Shown here one piece after another: positions 40,531 to 52,711 of a DNA stretch of 64,000 nt. A program made the position numbers and the translations under genes. Numbering within the stretch: position 1 is the first letter of the stretch; the number at the start of each line of letters is the position of its first letter. The notes beneath the pieces were generated by a model that saw nothing but the letters and a program-made list of their open reading frames with translations, was not told the DNA's origin and searched no databases. The DNA comes from Haplodiscus bocki (Eukaryota), in NCBI GenBank assembly GCA_965655095.1, contig OZ296656.1, positions 13,330,001 to 13,394,000 of the forward strand, read 5' to 3'.

Positions 40531-41047
40531 GAATGATTTTTTTTTCAAAAATCAAGCAGTTGACGGAGCTGGAATTGGCGGAGAGGAGCAAAAAGCTACA
40601 TATTGAGGGAATGATTTTCCTGTCGCAATATATTACGACGAAAAATTAGACTTAGTCTTCACAAATTTCGAACTCAAAAACATCAATTCCAATGCTTCTT
40701 TTCCCGGAATTATCTTCAGCGATCATCTCGGATCATATCAGATGACAACGACTGAAGCGACAGGATAATTTGAGATTATCAAAGTGAAATAAATGCCGTC
40801 CTCGATTAGAAGTCGTCATAATCAAAGTTATTGTAGTTTTTAATACAACCCGCGGTTTGTAACCGATTAAAAACGGTATAAGACACAGTCAAGACCGTTC
40901 ATCACGAAGGATAAGTTATACCGATCGCATGCTATTTTGGTTTTGCTGGAAAACAAGTCCGGTTATAACGGAGCCTAACAATTACAAAAAATCCGGCCTT
41001 CCAGCGTGCGTTACAAGCGAACTGTAATAATATCAGCATTAACTTAC

Positions 41048-41260
41048 ATGATGAACTTCGTACTCTTCTCTGCATAGTTCTCTGTACATTTGTGTTTGGC
41101 GAATGATGTGATATTGTCCCCATATGGCCACTACAGCCACAGTGCCCAATGCCTTCAAACCCCACCCAGATTTCGCCCACACACCAATGTTTCTTCTCCA
41201 GTTGAATATGTCATAACCTCCAGGGCGAGGCATCTCTTGCCTCGGGGGAGCCGAACTCAT
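41048..41260 (-). CDS. NDUFA13: NADH dehydrogenase 1 alpha subcomplex subunit 13 (GRIM-19), coding exon 1
   Basis: MSSAPPRQEMPRPGGYDIFNWRRN plus hydrophobic helix matches the NDUFA13 N-terminus (QDMPPPGGY). Ends CAT|GTAAGT, a phase-0 donor at 41047. Confidence 0.92.
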
Positions 41261-42101
41261 CCCAAAAGAAATCTGAAAATCATATCGAGATGTTCACACT
41301 TGGAATTTTAGTTACAAAACTAGATTCAAATCAATGTTACACAGCAAGTAATATTCAATTTATACAGGTCTAAGAGCTTAAATTTCAAATATGATGAAGG
41401 GGCCCAGTTGCCGAATGTTCCACAAACAAAAGTTGTTTTTGCTGCCATGATGCATAATTTACTCACTCTTTTCCCCATACATAATTTTACAGAATATCCC
41501 CGCCCACTTAGAACTTAATTTTCCTGCAATCATAAAAACCTAAAATTTTGCGTCTTCGTACAAAAGCAAAAACATTGCAGCACAATCATTTTAGCTCAAA
41601 AACTAATTGTCACTTTTATTCAAAACCTTTTTTAAATACCTCATTTCAATAATTTTTCAAAACCGGCTTTTTAAGCTGTTCAAAATGATGTATTACACCA
41701 CACAATTCAATTTCCTATCTGATACGTTTTTAACTTGATACTTCAGAAATAATTCATGAATAAATTAGGAAACGGATTTTTAGACAGGCGTCACTCAGCT
41801 CCAATACACTCAACGTGTACTACTTTCTCAACATGAGCAGATACTTGATTGATTAATTCTCAGCATGGTTGAAAAAGAAAACTTGTAAAAAACGACGTTA
41901 ATTGTATAACACTCAAATTCATCGATGAAATCACGAATTGTTTCTTACAATACAAGTAGCGTGCATGCAGGAATATGTATTGTTCTATTTATTGCAAGTT
42001 TGTTCTCCTAGAGTCGGTTGATTACCGAGCTGCTTTGTTGTTTTAGTGACACTTCAAGAAGTAGTCCTGGTAAGAACATGTGACATGTCAGCCCAGGTCA
42101 G

Positions 42102-42878
42102 TTATTTGTTCTCTTCATCCTGATCGTCCTGAGCGTTGTCAGATGTCCAGAGAGTCAGGTTATCTCTCAGCAATTGCATGATCAGGGTGGAGTCTTTGTA
42201 ACTGTCTTCTTTGAGTGTATCCAGCTCAGCGATCGACTCGTCGAATGCCTTCTTGGCCAGTTTGCACGCTTCGTCGGGGTTGTTCAAAATTTCGTAGTAG
42301 AACACCGAAAAGTTGAGAGCCAAACCAAGACGGATGGGATGGGTGGATTGCAGAGTTTGGGCTTCCTCGGTAGCTTGTTTGTAAGCATCTTCAGCCTGTG
42401 ATGTCACATCCGACTCAGATCCCTCGCCCTTGACTTCGGCCAAATATCGGTAATAATCACCTTTCATTTTCAAGTAGAATACAAGACTTTCACGACCTTT
42501 CGTTGCTCTTTCGTCATCCTTATTTTTCTCGGTGGTAGAGTTTGGAATGAGGAATTCATCCAATAAGCTGAGAACTTCTTTGCAAATGGTTTGCAGTTCT
42601 CCTTCAATTTTCTCTCGGTATTCCTTGGCCAGCTCGATTTTGCGCTGGTCTCCACTAGTCTTGGCCTCGATGCTGCTAATTACTCTCCAAGACGCACGTC
42701 GAGAACCGACAACATTTTTGTACGCAACGGAGAGCAGGTTTCTTTCATCGGTGGACAGCAACTCTTCGTTCCCCAGACATCTAGTCACTGCTTTCATCGA
42801 AGCAGCCATGTCATCGTAACGTTCAGCTTGCTCAGCAATTTTAGCTTTAGCAACGTGTTCTTCTCGAGGTGAAGACAT
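42102..42878 (-). CDS. 14-3-3: 14-3-3 protein (258 aa, no intron in CDS)
   Basis: Signature motifs [63 protein letters not shown] and [22 protein letters not shown]. True start taken as AAA-ATG at 42878. The ORF-track extension to 43004 crosses a splice acceptor (attttcag, AG at 42904-42903). AATAAA on minus strand near 41990. Confidence 0.97.
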   Translation of the reverse strand: MSSPREEHVAKAKIAEQAERYDDMAASMKAVTRCLGNEELLSTDERNLLSVAYKNVVGSRRASWRVISSIEAKTSGDQRKIELAKEYREKIEGELQTICKEVLSLLDEFLIPNSTTEKNKDDERATKGRESLVFYLKMKGDYYRYLAEVKGEGSESDVTSQAEDAYKQATEEAQTLQSTHPIRLGLALNFSVFYYEILNNPDEACKLAKKAFDESIAELDTLKEDSYKDSTLIMQLLRDNLTLWTSDNAQDDQDEENK

Positions 42879-43389
42879 TTTGATAATGGGAATCAAGAGA
42901 ATCTGAAAATGAAAAATACCACGCACACAACTGCAAAAAGAGTAAAACTTGAAGTCATTACCAATTTTGTTGCTGTCACTGAACCCATTGCAAACGCTAT
43001 GCAAACATATTCATGAATAGTAACTAGAATGACTCATTTCAGATGCAAACATGTACAAAGAAAAGTCACGTAGACAATGAAAATTTAATTTGGAAAAAGA
43101 AAAATTCGTTACGTTGAAATGTTTGCGCATGGTTGCTCTTAGCCGTTGGCAGACTTTGCCCTGGACCGAGGACAAGGTGTGCCCGAGGTCAGTGCTAAAA
43201 ATACCTTGGGATAGAACCATGCGTCAAAAAATATTTTCAAGCAAGCTGAGACGGGAACCCCTCGAAAGAGTTTTGACTTGCTTCCTAATCATTATTGTCT
43301 CGAAACAGTGTTCCGTAGCTCATTGTTTATTAATACTGATTATCGAAAACTTCCATTCCAAACTGATTTGAAACTTTCAATGATGACTG

Positions 43390-45175
43390 GTTTATCGATT
43401 TTAATATGGAAAAGTTTTCCTATTATCGATCGACATCTACACATTTTTTTTTTCAATGAAATGGATGATTTTCGAGGAGCTTGCAATCTTCGGGGAAGTC
43501 AGCTTAAGAAAATGCTTCTGGCGGTCGAAGATGAGCTATGAATTGTTTTTTTTCACACACTGAATTTGACTTCTGAAAGTCAGCGGTCGCTCGAAAACAA
43601 TAGATGCCGAATTGCAAAGCAAACTGTAAAAGACCATCGGCCCGCGCATATTCTTACTCAAACATTCAAAAAGATGAATACTTCGGAGTGACGGCCAATC
43701 GCTGAAGAGCGGAAGCTTTGGAAACCCGATCGCTACCACAGATGACGCTAGAGTAGATACCAAAGCACAAAGTCCTCTATAGTGACGAGTCTTTCCAGAG
43801 TCTCTGATTTCGTTGTGGCGTAAGAGTGTAATGCCACTTTTTGGACAATGCAGTGCATGCGAAATCGTGGCCACATGGGCAAGTTTTAGGTAGGTTTCTG
43901 GGCTCAATTCCGTATCTTAGGTGTAATCCGTCTCGAAATTCTGACTTGTTCAGGTTAAATCCATATTTTGTCAGCGGCAGGACACTCAGCCAATTTAATG
44001 CTCCTTTCCCTGAGACCAGGTTAACAATTTGGCGTTCCTCATCGGTCAGCGTTTCTGAAAGTTTGTATTTTCCGACTTTCGGCTTTTGGGCTGTTTACCG
44101 CTTAACTTCGACTCAAGTTTCTTTTTGCTTTCGTATTGCTTCTGAAATGTTCCCATAAGTTAGGTGTTCTTGAACGTTTTTAGACTATAGTCTTCGGAAT
44201 GGTCTGTAGGTTTTAGGATGTTTAGCCCATCCATCTTAAGCGGTAACAAAAACAAATCCCGATCCTTGTCCGATATTGTTGGTTGGCTTCCGAGCGCTGG
44301 AATGACTTTGTAAGGGTTAATTCATTTCTGCAAGACATCTCCGCCAAAGTTGGTGTTGTTCTTTACATCAAAGACACTTTTTCTTGGACACCTCTTTTCA
44401 AACATGAGTATAGGTTTTGTGGCGATTTCTTAGCTGGTTGATAAATTTCATGCAGATTCTGTTGAATTCGTCTGTTTTCTCTTCAGTATAATGTTTGAAG
44501 GACTTTTCGCTGCAGATGACAGAGTCCAGGACTCTGGTACCATCTAAAAAAATTGATTGCTGTCTTTTGGAAGATTGTTCTGGCTTGATAGAGGGAAGCT
44601 TCTTTGACAATGAGGTGACATTTTGAGGCTTTCACGTTATAACCGAAGTGATTTCCGTGATTGATGACGTCGACGACCCGGCGCAAGTCATCCAACTTTC
44701 CTGCAATTGATCCGTCATCGACGTACCATCGCTGCCTGATTCGTTCGTTTTCGACTTTCAATTAGTGGAAGAACTGCGATGTCATACATTGCCATACGCA
44801 GGGGTTCGTCTTGTGTTGTGCCTTGTCTTGACAGCAGTTTTTTCTTATTTACGAATAAAGCAGACGTTTTAGAGTAGGAGTTGTATATTGCGTGAGACTG
44901 CGGGACACAGAATTTCGCAGTTCTTCATTGCCAGTCCGGTTCAACGAGTTGAAGGCATTATCCGCGTGCAATAGGAAAAGTGCTTCAGTATGGCTCTATT
45001 CAAACTTTTGGAGGAGTGAATGGATGGAGGAATTCCGCACTTTTGTCCAAGGCAGAGTTGCTCACTGGATCCGAGTTTGAGGAGATCTTGTGATATAAAA
45101 TTCGTGATGGTGCGGCCGATTATTCTTCGTAGGTCTTCTACACCTATTACGCGAACACTTGGATTTTTGTCTAAT
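43390..45175 (-). mobile_element. Degenerate 5'-truncated CRE-like (RT + RLE) non-LTR retrotransposon
   Basis: Fragments LRRIIGRTI, ADNAFNSLNR, QRWYVDDGSIAGKL and HALHCPKSG..RHNEIRD, with many stops and frameshifts. Confidence 0.75.
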
Positions 45176-46164
45176 ACTCTGACTTGAAATCCGGAATTAC
45201 TAGTTGAACTTCATCTCTCACGTCTTTTACTCTATGACTTTTCGGTTCTCATGGATTTCATACTTATTATCTATGAACTAGCCACCGCTTGTATTTATAC
45301 GTAGATGCTAAAACATCTGAAAAGTCATTGCGATGTTGGAATATCAAATCATTTCTTTTAGAAAATCAGGGATATGTTATAACGATATTCATTCCAATTC
45401 GATAAAAGTTGACTTGATAGCAAAGAGCAGTTTTTAAGTTTTTCAAAATCGCAGATACTTGTGCTCCAACTTGAAAGGATATCAATTCAGAAAACACGCG
45501 AACGAAATACATTACTTAAAACTTCATGAGTGAAAAGAAATAGGACAACCGGAAATATTCAAGCAACTGTTCTATATAATAATACGAAAAGCATTTCGAC
45601 TCGAGACTTGTATAACAAAGCAGGTCAGGTAATTGTGGTCGATAGGTTATGCCTCTGATAGTAGCTTCTTCGTGACATTTTTTTTCCAAATGGTTATATG
45701 GAGTGCTTCCCAGTGCTCATTTAGCCGTCGTTTGATCTAGCTGAAATTACTGGTACAACTCTCATGGATAAAGTGTTGAACGAAATACATCTGTATTGAT
45801 GACTCATGTATTTCCAGATCGAGTAAAGATTTGATGCGTAGCAGCTATCGAAACAGCGATGGTGGAAAACAGCAATTAATGTTACATTAGATTCGAATTT
45901 CAATAACACTTTTTTTTCTGAGCACCGTTTGGAACAATCAATTTTATGTAATCCTGATGAAAGAGTTATACCATTATAATAAAATTTGCCAAATCCCAGT
46001 TTAAATCTATAACACGCGGAAAACTCTCAATATAACATACACGTTTTCATGTCTTTAATCACATGGACCGTCCTCTTTGACGTTCGTTACCCCAAGGTTA
46101 AACTATAATTAATTAAATTACAATCAGTTAAACAACTGCTGCATAGACAGTTTGATCAGAATTT

Positions 46165-49100
46165 TCTTTATTATCTGTTGGAACGACCCACATGGGGGCT
46201 GGGAGTGCTCTATTCAGTGGGGCAGTGGGGTCTTCTCCAAGGTCGATTTCCGTGCGCCCAGCTAAATGCAGGGACCCTCGAAACCAAAATTTGTGCATTG
46301 GCGCGCATTAAGGTGCAGCTCAGTCTGGTGAACAGCGCGCGTTTGATGTCTGCCTTGGCCGATACCGTCTGCATTGCTACCCTCGACGAAAGGCTATCAA
46401 GGAAGACGCTTGCTTCGCTGCCCCAACCTCCGTATGTGGAGACGACAATAGGGATGCACTCCCAACCGAGCTCACGACATTTAGCGTCATTGTTTCTGTG
46501 TTTTCTGTCAGCTGCCTCCTCAGTGATTAGACCCGGGATGATCGCTCCTTCGATATTGGAATTGTTGAGCGGATTCACCACGGTAACATCTAGAGCGGCA
46601 TCTCTGCCAAGATTCCATGTCGGCAACAAAATGTCTGCCGGTCGTGTCTGATTTAGATAGCCTGACCCTGCCTCCAGTGTTGGGTTCAATTGGGCTCTGC
46701 GACAGTAATCTGCAATGCAATCACGTAGAGTGTTGTGCCGCCTGCATATGCCTGGACCTCTCTTGCAGGTCAGCGCGTGTTGCCCAAATTGGTCCAGTGT
46801 CTCGCTAGGACATGAGCCGCAGGTGGCTTTCTCTGGGAACAAGTTGAGGCCTAGTCTCCATTTGACCAGCATGTGGTACTCATTGGGCGAAAATGCAAGT
46901 CCTAATTTTTTCGATGGCTGAGCCAAGATCCAGTCGCCTGCATGTGGTTCGGCAAGGCTTGTTAGTCTGGCTTTTTCCACCAAGGAACCGCTTTCTATAA
47001 GACTTTCGAACTGATGATGGTCAATTCTCTCTGATAGGGGTTCTTGTCGGACCAGGTCTGATGCCTGATACGTCGCTTGATTGTCTCCGATTTTGTCATT
47101 GTAGACCTCTATAGCGTCATTGAGAAGGCGGAGGTCGGGTTCAGTACCCATTGCACTCGTGTGGGAGGATATGAAAGCCGCCGAGGAGTGCTCTTCAACG
47201 GAGCGAAGGCCTACACCTCCCAATCTGACTGGTAGCTGTGCCTGAGTCCAAGATCTTTGAGTGGTGTTTACGACTACGCTTTCCTCGTAGCAGCGTCTCA
47301 CCTTCTTGTCAAATTCTTTGAGAGCTGGACTCGCGGTTCGAGGCGGCACTGTTCTCGCTAAGTGCCCTAGTTTGCAAAACGAAGCACATGTGAGAAGTAG
47401 AGTGGCAGCAACCTGGGGGTTTTCTAATTGCGGTAGTCTCAATAGGAGCTTTTCTGCATCGTTTGCTTTCCTAAGAATGTAGTCTCTGCAGAAAGTGTCG
47501 TCACCGATAGGAGAACCTAAAATTTCCAGATTGGGCTCGTGATGCTTTCTCGAGATGTCGGCTGGAAACGAAGAAAGGTCGGATTTGCTGTACAGCTCGC
47601 ATTTGCTCAGCTTGACGTTGAGACCTGTGATTGGCGTCGCGTCATTCAAGATTCTCAGTAGCTTCGTTACGTCACTCTTAGTTCCACAGAAGACGCCATC
47701 GTCGAGGTACCAGCAGTGGAGGAGCAGCTGGCATTCTGCGTCAATGTCTTTGACCACAGAATGGAGACCCAATGCAAAGAACAGTGGGACTAGTGGATCT
47801 CCTTGTTGCACACCGTGTTGTGAGCTTAGGCTTCCTAATATGTGCCATAGCTTGGGGTGGTCACCGTAGCAAAATTTTGCCCATGCTAGAAGTTCTGGAA
47901 AGTGTTCTTTACACTAGTTCATGATCAGGTTTCTGTCTACCGTGTTGAAAGCGTTACTCATGTCAACTTTGAACACCACGAAGTCATTGTGGTTCCAGTG
48001 TTTTTCAATCGTTTGCCGCAGTCGATGAGTCACCTTCTCTGTCCCGCTTGGGCATGCCACACCAAACTGTAGGGGTGTAAAGAATGCAGCTGCTTTCGAC
48101 TTCAGAGTTATGCAGGCATATTTACTAGTTAGGCGGCGCAATATTTCGCCCGAGGCTATGGGTCTAATATCGTTACCAGTTTTGTTCAACGCTGTGAGTG
48201 ACGCGCCCGCAATGAATGGCGCCATTGACTGGGGTGCAGCTCCTCGTAACAAAATGTTCACTACGTGTCGGAGCTGCGTTGTCAGTGGGATTGGTACTGT
48301 GGCTTCTTGTGCTTCCAATATGTGTTGAACTCTCAGCCCTGAGGGACCACATGCTGTGTTCTTCGGGAAGCTGTGGATTGCATTAGCCATGTCAAAACTT
48401 GAGTCTAACTGAAGGGCTTCAGTGTCTTCCCTGATGGCCGTGGGTCTCGTTGCTTGTGGGTGTTTTGCTTTGAGCTGTTCCCATGTTTCCTTGTTATTGG
48501 GAGCAATACCTGACGAGCTTAGTATCCTGCACGCTTTGCCGTACTGGCCGTCCGCGGCTGCCGAAGTTGCTGCATCCAGTTGGGCCTGGCCGTCTTGTGC
48601 ATTCTTTGATTTCCGGTTGGTCATTTTATCCCCGGACGCTTTGGCATTGGCCCATAGGGTGGACCAATCTCCACGCTCCCACCGGTCACAGAAGCCTTCA
48701 ATGGAAGGAAGGGTCTTCTTTCGACCTGCCCGCTTGTTGGACGGTAGCACGCATTTTGGAAGCATTAACAGCTTTGTCCACGCTGTTTCGTCGTTTTCAG
48801 ATACTACCTGTGACAGGCAGTCGTAGAGGATTTTGCCAAATTTCTGCCTCGCGCCTTTGGGGATGAGTTTGAGTGTTGGTCTCCTTAGGGACATTACGTC
48901 CTTTGGGGTTGGAAGGGCTTCCTCGTTGTTTGAGGTTAAGCCGTCAGGCGGGCGGTCGACGCCTTGGAATGTGCATGATCGGGAATGCGCTTCTCGCTGA
49001 ACGCATGAGACCAATTTCCTACATTTGCAGATGTACCTCCTCTGCGTCGCGAGCCATTCCGAGCTGACTTCCCCTAGGAGTAGACTTTTGCTGTGCTTTT

Positions 49101-49590
49101 CCATGTGGTCTAGCTCGCGCGTGGGCGCAATTCGTGCGTCACAAGTGGGTATTGGGCATTTCAAACCCGCGCCTGTGGCTTGCGGAGCGGGGGGTTGCGT
49201 GGCTTGAGTGCTGCCAGATTCTTGACTACGGTCCTTGATGGTGAGGCCCGCCATGGATTGTGTCAAACTGGTTGAGACATCTGTGCCTGGACTGCACGAG
49301 GAGTATGACCATGGCAGAAGAGTACCCTTCCATTTTCTGCTGACTCCCCGCCTTGTCTTCCATGACACTTTCCACCCGTCTATTGCTAGAGAGCTTATTG
49401 GCACTGTGTCTCGCCGTCCGTTTTCCCATTCGACGGTCACTAATGTCTCTCCTCCTTCCCGTGTGCGATAAGCTTCGTTGGGGAGAATGTTTGCCATGTG
49501 GTTGGGGTGGTTGAGGAAACTGCGACTCCGAGGTTGTTAACCCCTTGAAGTCACAGGGATGGACGGGTACAATGGGGGCGACTAATCTAT
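46165..49590 (-). mobile_element. Near-intact CRE-clade RLE non-LTR retrotransposon; single ORF 46210-49497 (~1095 codons) with one in-frame TAG at 47914-47916
   Basis: Two zinc fingers (CPIPTC..HMEKH; CKC..H..C), RT (DIRPIASGEILRRL, DMSNAFN, QQGDPL, WYLDDG), CCHC (CGSC..HALTC) and RLE (RHNTLRD, RPADI, DVTV, K). ORFs 47914-49497 and 46210-47811 share a frame, and the intervening 34 codons are open. Confidence 0.9.
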
Positions 49591-49950
49591 CTTACTGAAT
49601 GAAATCTTGAGTACATGTATTGTATGACTCATTTGATACAACCATATCACAACAACAAATCACACAAAATACATCTAAGATTTTAGTTGAGCACTTAATG
49701 CCTGAACACACTGAAAAAAGTTCTGCAGACCTGAAACGAGAGCTGCAGGACGAAAAAGCCAACAAACCAACTCCTTTACCATTACAATCACATTATAATA
49801 TTTTTCTGACTGCCCATATATGATCACAGGTTCATTGTTTCATACTCACTAATATAGGCTTCAGTACATCATCATCATCATCGGATTCTTCTAACGCGCG
49901 CATCTGCTCAGAGATGAGCACTCCAGCGCGCAGGAAAGTTGCCAGAATTG

Positions 49951-52711
49951 TCAGCTGTCCAATTGGAGTTGGAAGAGATGTGATTTGAGCTTCGTTTTAA
50001 ACCCATCAAGTGAACCCGCCTCACGAACTTCCAAAGGTAGTCGGTTGTACAATCGAGGGCCAGCCAAAGCAAAAGCTCCACGAGTATTATCTAGGCAAAA
50101 TCTTTCGGCAGTAAGTAGTTTCAAAGATTGTGATCTGAGCCCCGATGAAGAGTACTTCAGTAATTCTGTCAGGTATTCTGGGGCTAATCCGTGTAAACAT
50201 TTCCACACGAGTAAACATACTTTGAAAGTAATTCGATACGAAACTTTAAGCCAATGGAGTTGATGAATAAATGGCGTAATGTGCAAATGCGTTGGCAGTC
50301 GGAAAATCAGTCTGGCACAACGATTCTGCAGTTTCTGAAGCTTGGTAATCTGATATTCAGGAAAAGCGGAAAGACAACCATTGAATAGATCGAGATGACA
50401 GGTTAATAAGAGAGTTAATCAAGGTTCGAGATGTATGAATAGAAAGATAGTTTCGTATTTGCCATAGTTCTCGGAGAGTTAAATTGCAGCGTTGAATAAC
50501 AGAGTCAATATGCTTAGATAGAAGAAGTTTGTCGTTGCTAAGAATACAGCCTAATGTTTTCACAGATCTACCATCAGGAGAAGAAGGGTTTATGACAAGA
50601 ATTTCAGTTTTATCAGCATTCAGATCGAGATGGAGACGTTTGAGAAATGTTTTGATCTCTTGAATGAGAAGGTTAATGTCACTAAGTTTGGATTCACAGT
50701 CATTAATGTCAATACAGAGATGAAGTTGGGTGTCGTCAGCGTAAAGATGATAAGGAATGTTCAGGCGGTCGAGATAGAAAGAAATAGAAATTGTATATAT
50801 AGTAAACAGACTTGGGCCCAGGGTAGAACCTTGTGGGACACCACACAACACAATGTGAATACGAGAGCGACAGTTGTTGATCTTAACACATTCTTTACGA
50901 TTGCACAAGTAAGACGAAAACCAGTTCAAAACATTTCCTCGTAGACCAAGTTGCTTCAGAGTTCTGATCAATAAGATGTGCGATACAGTATCAAAAGCAG
51001 CGGTGAGATCCAGTAATAATAAAATTGCAACTTTACGTTTATCCAAAACAAACAAAATATCATTGTGTATTCTGGTAATTGCTGTTTCAATAGAGTGATT
51101 TTTTCGGAAGCCAGATTGAAATTTCGGTAAGAGGTTGTTCACAGTCAGGTAATTTACAAGTTGAGCAGCGACGACTTTTTCAAACAGTTTCGAAATGAAA
51201 GAAAGGTGGGACATAGGACGATATTTGGACAAATCTTCAGGATCAGCATTAGGTTTTTTCAACAGAGGGACAACAGTTGCTTGTTTGAGGAGTGACGGGA
51301 AAACACCAGAAGACAGACTAGTATTAATAGTAAAAACAAGGAACGGAATGATTGCAGAGAGAAAAGTTCGATTGCTAAAATGTTTAGTTGGGATAACATC
51401 GGCGTCAGTTTCAGTTAAGTTCATAGAGCCAATAGTTTTTTCTAGATCATCCGCAGTAACAGGTTGGAAAGATTCGAAGACAGATGTAGCAGCAGGAAAT
51501 TCAATAAGTGTGTTGCGATCAGGAGGAAAAGAAGCAGTTATTGAAGAAATCTTACACTCGAAGAAATCAATGAAGCGGTTAGACAATTCTTTACCACATG
51601 AGAAAGATGGAAGCTTGTGATTTACTTGGCGGCGATGTAAGAGCGTATTCGAGGCGTCGAAGAGTTGTTTCGTTGTACTACAAGAAGATAGATCAGTATA
51701 ATAGAGACGATGTTTGCGTTGAAGAGCAGAGAGGTACAGTGTACGAGCAGAGCGGTAGGCGAAAAGAGATACGTCCGTGCGGTTCTTGAGAAATGCATGT
51801 TCAGCTTTACGACGAGATGTACGAAGTGACTTGAGTTCAGCATCAAACCAAGGAGCAGACAGTGTGCGAGATTTTACAACGCGACGAGGGCAATGAAGGT
51901 CAAGGTAGGTAGCAGCAGAGTCACTGAAGTCACGATATAAGGAAGACGCGTCATCAGACGCAGGAACATAATTGCTAATGAAACTACACCAGTTATCAAA
52001 GTTGAACGAACGCGTGGATCTAATGCATTTTAAGAAATATTTAGGGCTTTTGTCGACTAACAGAGGAGTAGTAAACGTAATAGGAAAGTGGTCTACAACA
52101 AAGTCACATTCAGGAAAAATAAGCACATTGTGAATTGTCATGTAATCTGGAGCAATAATGAGATCGAGAGTGTTACCAGCACAATGAGTAGGAGCATGAA
52201 CGAACTGAGACAAAGAATAATTGGTTAAAAGACTCAGAAAGTTAGAAGCAAATTTCGATGTAGAGTCATTGACATGAATATTGAAATCTCCAACTATGAT
52301 GAAACATTTACGCCATAATAACTCATCAAGAAATTTCTCAAACTCGGCGAGAAACTCGGCCTGATTAGGGCGCGGAGGACGGTAAACTGCAAATACAGTT
52401 AATGTAACAGTACGTAACTTAAGAGTTATAGAAGCAGATTCAAATGTTTCGAACATGAAAGTGTTTAGGGTAGACGAGAGGGTTGACTTAAACAAGAACC
52501 CAACACCGCCACCACGAGAACCTCTAGGAAAATTTGCAGAAGTATAATCGTTATGTAAGAAAAGATGTAGAGAATAGCCAGAAGAATCAATCCAAGTTTC
52601 AGTGATAGCACAGATGTCAACAGATAAATCAAATACCCAATCGTTGAGAAGAAGTTCTTTGTTATTCACAGAACAAGGATTAACAAGAGCAAGTTTCAGG
52701 GAAGATAGTTG
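49951..52711 (-). CDS. L2 ORF2 endonuclease-reverse transcriptase (no ATG; one 1-bp insertion near 50404)
   Basis: Open in frame from the codon after the ORF1 stop: QLSSLKLALVNPCSVNNK... Removing one base near 50404 joins it to HLDLFNGCL...QKLQNRCARLIF...HITPF (49951-50286). Confidence 0.85.

Noticed and set aside
42879-43004. N-terminal extension of 14-3-3 in the ORF track
   Set aside because: It begins at a non-ATG codon, crosses a canonical acceptor and has no homology to 14-3-3.
47914-47916. In-frame TAG in the CRE ORF as programmed readthrough
   Set aside because: It sits inside the RT domain and its context (TAG TGT AAA) is not a readthrough signal; most likely a point mutation.
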